From the IMG/VR virus record IMGVR_UViG_3300011415_000011, positions 1-41,203 of that record: DNA of 41,203 nt; one strand, given 5' to 3'. The notes under the pieces are model-generated. The model saw only the letters and a list, made by a program, of their open reading frames with translations. It was not told the origin of the DNA and searched no databases. Source of the DNA: a virus (Duplodnaviria > Caudoviricetes). Positions 36,845 through 41,203 of the stretch are shown one piece after another. Position numbers and translations under genes: made by a program. Each line of letters opens with the position of its first letter. Position 1 is the first letter of the stretch.

Positions 36845-36885
36845 ATAATTGCCAGTGCCGAAAATGAACCCGATTATGCTTATAG
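36845..36885 (+). ncRNA. 41-nt core-less group I-type mini-intron
   Basis: Follows U and ends in G; guide GCCAGT-GCCGAAAA pairs with 5' exon TTTTCGGT (U-G wobble) and 3' exon ACTGGC; removal restores FFG-TGCIINEQV in frame. Confidence 0.75.
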
Positions 36886-37053
36886 ACTGGCTGCATAATC
36901 AACGAGCAAGTGATACTTCAAGATCAAGAGGGTGTTTTGGCTTGGGTGTCAGATAGGCTCGCCGTCGCAATGAGACAAGCGGAAGATTTAATTTTAAGAG
37001 ATTATATTGTTTCTGCTGCGTCACAAATCAATGCTGGCGGAGGTTCCAACGGT
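36886..37053 (+). CDS. Major capsid protein, exon 2 (56 codons)
   Basis: TGCIINEQVILQDQEGVLAWVSDRLAVAMRQAEDLILRDYIVSAASQINAGGGSNG, containing a spine-helix-like segment. Confidence 0.85.
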
Positions 37054-37243
37054 AGAGTTGTTGCCGTTGTAAAATCAGACCTAATCGACTTGGAACTCTG
37101 ACCACGTAATGGTGAAGACAACAAGGCGGAACCCGAAAGGGACCGTGAACGACTAAAGCGGTCAGACACCGAAAGGTGAAGCGATAGTCTAATCTCATAG
37201 GAAACTATGAGAGGTGGCAGAAATGACCACCCGCTTAAGTGTT

Positions 37244-38155
37244 TTAAATACCTTTACGATTAAGATCATGAACTTTATGAAAAAGCTTATCTCTAACTTC
37301 AAGAATAGTAGCGTAGAATTCTTTAAATTTTGGAGAATTTCTGCTTATATTTCCAGTCAAGGGTACGGTTGTTTCAAAAAAATTCATGAGTTCTACACAA
37401 ACAGGTTTTTTGTGTTTGAGATAAGGAAGAATTCTTGGAAGAATATCCCCGAGAGATTTACTAGAAAGACGCCATGTCAAGAAATCTCTATGATTGATAT
37501 CTTTGGATCTACGTTCAACAAAATGAACTTGGCCTCCAAATCTTTCCATAAGCCATTTAAAAATAGGAAATTTGGTGTTTCCACATTGAAGAAGAATTTT
37601 GTAAATAAAATTATCCCTGTTTTTTTGAGTGTATCTAAATATTCCAAGAGAACATTCGGCATCAATGAGGCCAGAGAGATAAACAAAATCCAATTCATTG
37701 GGAACAATTGTCAAAATATGCTCACTCAGAGATGCTTTGTCAGTTTTTTTTATCAAATTTCTTTCATTTTTAACTTTCTTAAGTTGATTCATCAAAATAT
37801 CTTTTTCAATAGGACAAGAAGATTTAATAAATTTGCAGTAAATTTCTGCTTCTTCTCGTTTTTCAATGAGAAAAGGAAGAATTTGTTGCACAAATTTAAT
37901 AGATTTTTTGCCTCTGATAATAAAATGATGTTGAGGTTTCCATTTAGAAGACCTTGTTCCATTGTCTGCAATCCTTCGCACTCCTGGAAAAGTCTTTATA
38001 AGAAACTCAATTATATTTGTATCAGTAGAAGAGATGATGAAAGAACATGCGTATTTAGCTGTTCCAGTGGTTTTTCGGATGGTTTTTCTTATATGAAAAC
38101 ACCCGTCTCCATCTGTATAACCAGCTACATAAGTTAAGGTATTTTGATTTATCAT
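37244..38155 (-). CDS. Double-motif LAGLIDADG homing endonuclease, antisense to its host intron (303 aa)
   Basis: YVAGYTDGDGCF and YLSGLIDAECSL; probable start MINQNTL at 38155. Confidence 0.9.
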   Translation of the reverse strand: MINQNTLTYVAGYTDGDGCFHIRKTIRKTTGTAKYACSFIISSTDTNIIEFLIKTFPGVRRIADNGTRSSKWKPQHHFIIRGKKSIKFVQQILPFLIEKREEAEIYCKFIKSSCPIEKDILMNQLKKVKNERNLIKKTDKASLSEHILTIVPNELDFVYLSGLIDAECSLGIFRYTQKNRDNFIYKILLQCGNTKFPIFKWLMERFGGQVHFVERRSKDINHRDFLTWRLSSKSLGDILPRILPYLKHKKPVCVELMNFFETTVPLTGNISRNSPKFKEFYATILEVRDKLFHKVHDLNRKGI

Positions 38156-38161
38156 GTGAAT

Positions 38162-38190
38162 AGTATCACAGGATAAGGCATTTAAGTCAA
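38162..38190 (-). promoter_or_regulatory. Intron-internal sigma70 promoter for a leaderless endonuclease mRNA
   Basis: TTGACT-N17-GATACT with TG extension, followed by 6 nt and ATG. Confidence 0.7.
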
Positions 38191-38204
38191 CAAGTAATAG
38201 TATG

Positions 38205-38753
38205 TTCAATCCTACGAATTTAGGTGTTAGTGACTTTAGTTTAGTTGCTACTACACTAGATACTAATAATGCGTATAAGTTCATGACAGGTATTGAAGGC
38301 ATGGACAGATTTGGGACCGGTCCTGTACGAAGTGCGTATTTTATGCTTTCGTCAACTGAGCTACAAAGCGATTTTGATGGCCTAGTAGGCTCTGGCTTCC
38401 TCTCACAGTGGAATTATCCTACTAATGCTTCTGCGTTGCCCAGCGAATATGGCTCAGTGTATAACATTCGTGTTCTCACTAGCTCTGAAGCACCAGTTGC
38501 AAGAAATGCTGCTATTAATAACGTTGGTGTTCTTAACGACGTTTATTACAATACCGTACTAGGTAAACAAGCGATTACGCATATTAATCAGAATGGCTTT
38601 AGCATGAATCTGATCTATCGTGATCCTTACTATTCTGGAATGCTTGCACAGAATGCGACTTTGGCAGTTAAATTTGCTCAAGCGCAAGCTATTACGCAAG
38701 ATACAGCTATAAGAAATGTTCTCTCAACTCGCAACAGTGCATTGGGGGTATAA
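38205..38753 (+). CDS. Major capsid protein, exon 3 (182 aa)
   Basis: FNPTNLG...GTGPVRSAYF...SEYGSVYNIRVL; SEYG..YNIR pattern typical of HK97-fold capsids. Confidence 0.85.
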   Translation, partial: FNPTNLGVSDFSLVATTLDTNNAYKFMTGIEGMDRFGTGPVRSAYFMLSSTELQSDFDGLVGSGFLSQWNYPTNASALPSEYGSVYNIRVLTSSEAPVARNAAINNVGVLNDVYYNTVLGKQAITHINQNGFSMNLIYRDPYYSGMLAQNATLAVKFAQAQAITQDTAIRNVLSTRNSALGV

Positions 38754-38754
38754 A

Positions 38755-39882
38755 ATGGCTGAATATTCTAAAATAGCAAGAGGTAGCTTTACATCTACAG
38801 GTATGGCAGAAATTATACAATTGCCATTTAAGCCACAGTACGTAAAGTTTGTAAACTATACTAATTCTTTTACAGCAGCGGCAGCAAGCCAGGTTGTATC
38901 GGCAGAATGGTTTTCAAGCATGGGCCAAGGCTTTGCACTACAAGATGTATACGACGCAACACCAGATTTAATTTCTGATGCCGTTATTACTGGTGGTATT
39001 AGCACATTTGAAGCTGGACAAATGCTTCAATTTGGGGCAACTAAAGTTGTTGGTGGAATTACAAAGGCAGCAGCTGCTGTTGTTACAGTCACAGCTCACG
39101 GTTATAAATCGGGTGATGTGGTAATTTTAGAAGGATTATTTGAGACTACTACTACAGGTATGCCTCAAATCAATGGTATTCCTTTTACTGTAACAGTAAT
39201 CGATGCTAATAGTTTTTCAATTCCTTGGAACACAAACCAAAGTAATTATACAGCTATTACAGGTGGCGCAACTGGAACCCCTAGGGTTAAGCAAGTTCTT
39301 TACCCTTATATCTACTTTCCAGGCACAACTTTTATTAGTGCTATTACATTGGGGACTACAACTACTATTGATACAACAGATGCACATAATTTTGTTGTAG
39401 GTCAAGAAGTAGCGTTCCGTATTCCATCGCAATGGGGAACAGTAGAGTTAAATTCATTACCTAACGTTCTCATTCCTGGATCTCCGATCTATGCGTATGT
39501 GATCGCGGTAACGGATTATAATACTGTTGTTGTTAACTTTGATTCATCGGCTTATACAGCATTCAATAGTAATCAAACTGTGGCGAGTGTCCCTGGACTC
39601 TCATATCCTCAGATTGTAGCTGTTGGTGATGTAAATACTGGTGGAGTACAAGTTTCGGCTAATTCCAAACTGTATCCTCCTCCTTATTTTGTGCCTATTG
39701 GTACAACTAGAGTTAACACTATCAATGGCCCTGCAATCCAAGGTGCGTTTGTAAACAATACAAGCCAAGGATTCATTATAGGTGCTGGTGCTGGTGTTAA
39801 TGTGACGGATTCAGTACTTGTTGGTGCTGAAGGTGATGTAATTCACTGGTTGGCAATCTATCCAGATATGTCAATTCCATAA
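38755..39882 (+). CDS. Capsid decoration / minor virion protein with two FCCH-like domains
   Basis: Follows MCP; GITKAAAAVVTVTAHGYKSGDVVI...GMPQING and ISAITLGTTT.I.T..AHNFVVGQEV. Confidence 0.65.
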   Translation: MAEYSKIARGSFTSTGMAEIIQLPFKPQYVKFVNYTNSFTAAAASQVVSAEWFSSMGQGFALQDVYDATPDLISDAVITGGISTFEAGQMLQFGATKVVGGITKAAAAVVTVTAHGYKSGDVVILEGLFETTTTGMPQINGIPFTVTVIDANSFSIPWNTNQSNYTAITGGATGTPRVKQVLYPYIYFPGTTFISAITLGTTTTIDTTDAHNFVVGQEVAFRIPSQWGTVELNSLPNVLIPGSPIYAYVIAVTDYNTVVVNFDSSAYTAFNSNQTVASVPGLSYPQIVAVGDVNTGGVQVSANSKLYPPPYFVPIGTTRVNTINGPAIQGAFVNNTSQGFIIGAGAGVNVTDSVLVGAEGDVIHWLAIYPDMSIP

Positions 39883-39928
39883 ATAAAGGTTTAACTTGTC
39901 TTGCAATTAAACTTTTATTAATACATCT

Positions 39929-39954
39929 TAGGGAGAGGATAAAATCTCTCCCTA
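39929..39954 (+). other. Intergenic hairpin (terminator or processing site)
   Basis: TAGGGAGAG/CTCTCCCTA 9-bp stem without a U tract. Confidence 0.45.
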
Positions 39955-39961
39955 GGTGTGT

Positions 39962-40393
39962 ATGACATCATTCGGTTCCGTAATATCTTTTCCGACTCCT
40001 GCGTATAGCAACGTTGCTATTGAATCTGATTTTTATGAACCCAGTCGTTTTGTTATTTCAAATATTACTTTGGGTCAAACTACTATTGTTACAACAAGTT
40101 TAAATAATAATTATGTAATCGGTCAGGAAGTCAGATTGATTATTCCGGCTGCATTTGGCTGCTATCAATTGAATGCATTATCAGGTTATGTATTGTCATT
40201 ACCAGCAGCTAATCAGGTAGAAATTTCAATTAATTCCTCTAGGAATGTCGATGCTTATATATCCGCTATATCGACTCAATCGCCTCAAATTTTAGCAATA
40301 GGCGATATAAATACAGGTACGAATAATTCTCATGGCAGGATATCAAATATTACTTATATACCTGGTTCTTTTATTAACATTTCACCTCAGTAG
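39962..40393 (+). CDS. Virion protein with one FCCH-like domain
   Basis: ISNITLGQTTIVTT..NNNYVIGQEVRLIIP resembles the second domain of the upstream gene. Confidence 0.65.
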   Translation: MTSFGSVISFPTPAYSNVAIESDFYEPSRFVISNITLGQTTIVTTSLNNNYVIGQEVRLIIPAAFGCYQLNALSGYVLSLPAANQVEISINSSRNVDAYISAISTQSPQILAIGDINTGTNNSHGRISNITYIPGSFINISPQ

Positions 40394-40400
40394 GTATCAC

Positions 40401-40976
40401 ATGACAGAAAAACTCACTCAAAAGACAGTAGATAAAGAATTAGAAAAAGCTACAAAACAATTTGATGCGTTTGATCAGAACATCAAGGATATGACGCTTG
40501 ATAGAATGAATATGGCTCCTAAGCTTGAAACTGAGCCTCAGACACAAATATCACAGGCCGACCGGGCGAAGATGAAAGATATTTATCTCAAGCCTGATCG
40601 TTCTATAAGTTCAAAGGAGAAATTCAATGAAAATTATAGAAAAGAGTATGAGCATGATAAAGAATATGTATGCTTCGAGGCAGAGCATAAAGAAATTATT
40701 GGCGAAACCATTGACATGTGGACTAAACCATATGCGGGTATGCCTGCGGAATATTGGAGAGTTCCTACGAATAAACCGATATGGGGACCGAGATATTTAG
40801 CAGAACAGATTAAACGATGCAATTATCACAGATTTACAATGCAAAATACTGTTCAAGGTGCTGATGGAATGGGGCAATATTATGGTGCTATGGCTGTAGA
40901 TACTACTGTTCAAAGGCTTGATGCGCGAAAGGCTAATACTAATGTGTCTGTTTTTATGGGTTCAAGGAATTTTTAA
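40401..40976 (+). CDS. Hypothetical head-tail module protein
   Basis: Probable start MTEKLTQK after AGGT; 191 aa. Confidence 0.65.
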   Translation: MTEKLTQKTVDKELEKATKQFDAFDQNIKDMTLDRMNMAPKLETEPQTQISQADRAKMKDIYLKPDRSISSKEKFNENYRKEYEHDKEYVCFEAEHKEIIGETIDMWTKPYAGMPAEYWRVPTNKPIWGPRYLAEQIKRCNYHRFTMQNTVQGADGMGQYYGAMAVDTTVQRLDARKANTNVSVFMGSRNF

Positions 40977-40999
40977 TATAAATTGTAAAGCGGTTTTAC

Positions 41000-41203
41000 A
41001 TGAATTTGCTTCAGGATGTTATTACATATGTGCGTAGAATAATAAAAAGTCCTTCGAACACGGATATAAGCGATATTTTGATTATTGACTATATCAATAG
41101 ATTTTATCTTATGGATATGGACGCACGGATGCAGTTGTTTGATTTTAAGACTAAATATCAATTTCAAACTGAGCCCGGAGTCGATCAATATAATATGCCC
41201 TTG
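41000..41203 (+). CDS. 5' part of the adaptor-like gene that continues at base 1
   Basis: MNLLQDVITYVRRIIKSPSNTDISDIL runs in frame into IIDYINRFYLMDMDAR. Confidence 0.75.
   Translation, partial: MNLLQDVITYVRRIIKSPSNTDISDILIIDYINRFYLMDMDARMQLFDFKTKYQFQTEPGVDQYNMPL
41081..41203. repeat. Terminal direct repeat, right copy
   Basis: Identical to 1-123. Confidence 0.97.

Larger units (their letters stand above)
37054..38204 (+). mobile_element. Group I intron (1151 nt) with a homing endonuclease in a peripheral P9 loop
   Basis: P1 CAACGGT/GCCGTTG; P3 TCAGACC/GGTCAGA; P7 GACTA (37151)/TAGTC (37185); GAAA-capped P6, P8 and P9; terminal G 38204 restores the frame. Confidence 0.92.

Noticed and set aside
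36843-36885. Reading the MCP insert as a spliceosomal GT...AG intron of 43 nt
   Set aside because: Removing 43 nt puts exon 2 out of frame and hits a stop, the genome is a bacteriophage, and only the 41-nt excision matches the guide pairing.
36845-36897. T4 gene 60-like 50-nt ribosomal bypass between ATA codons at 36845 and 36895
   Set aside because: No stop codon follows the take-off codon, the product would lack Thr-Gly-Cys, and it does not explain the two-exon guide. Not formally excluded.
37214-38137. 307-aa plus-strand ORF inside the intron
   Set aside because: Shadow of the LAGLIDADG gene: Phe-rich, no motifs, and it starts within ribozyme structure.
38156-38302. N-terminal 49 aa of the track's LAGLIDADG ORF
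   Set aside because: Overlaps MCP exon 3 and the internal promoter; ATG 38155 fits better.
36569-38753. Three separate ORFs or an MCP pseudogene, as in the ORF track
   Set aside because: The fragments join in frame at U/G group I junctions into a normal 326-aa capsid protein with no other lesions.
41081-41203. Biological terminal repeat
   Set aside because: It falls inside a gene and is best explained as assembler overlap of a circular contig; a PBSX-like terminase suggests headful packaging.

Overview
This window is a complete circular (or circularly permuted) dsDNA tailed-phage genome of 41,080 bp: bases 41081-41203 repeat bases 1-123 exactly, and one gene runs across the join. The virion module is podovirus-like: small and large terminase, portal, scaffold, N4-gp56-like major capsid protein (MCP), adaptor/nozzle, three internal ejection proteins and repeat-rich fibres, with no tape measure gene. 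It also carries a lambdoid replication/recombination set (Cro-like HTH, iteron-containing initiator plus DnaC-like loader, YqaJ, ERF, SSB-like, RusA-like), a two-frame C5 methyltransferase, a free-standing HNH nuclease and two tRNA-like elements. I found no integrase, CI repressor or endolysin. The standout is the MCP gene, which is split into three exons (36581-36844, 36886-37053, 38205-38753; 326 aa spliced). The second intron is a compact group I ribozyme carrying an antisense LAGLIDADG gene with its own leaderless promoter. The first is only 41 nt. It has group I splice-site signatures (U before, G at the end) and a guide sequence that pairs with both exons (P1 with a U-G wobble, and P10), but no catalytic core. 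It is a candidate non-autonomous 'satellite' mini-intron spliced by the neighbouring ribozyme. All family assignments are motif recognition by eye, not database searches.
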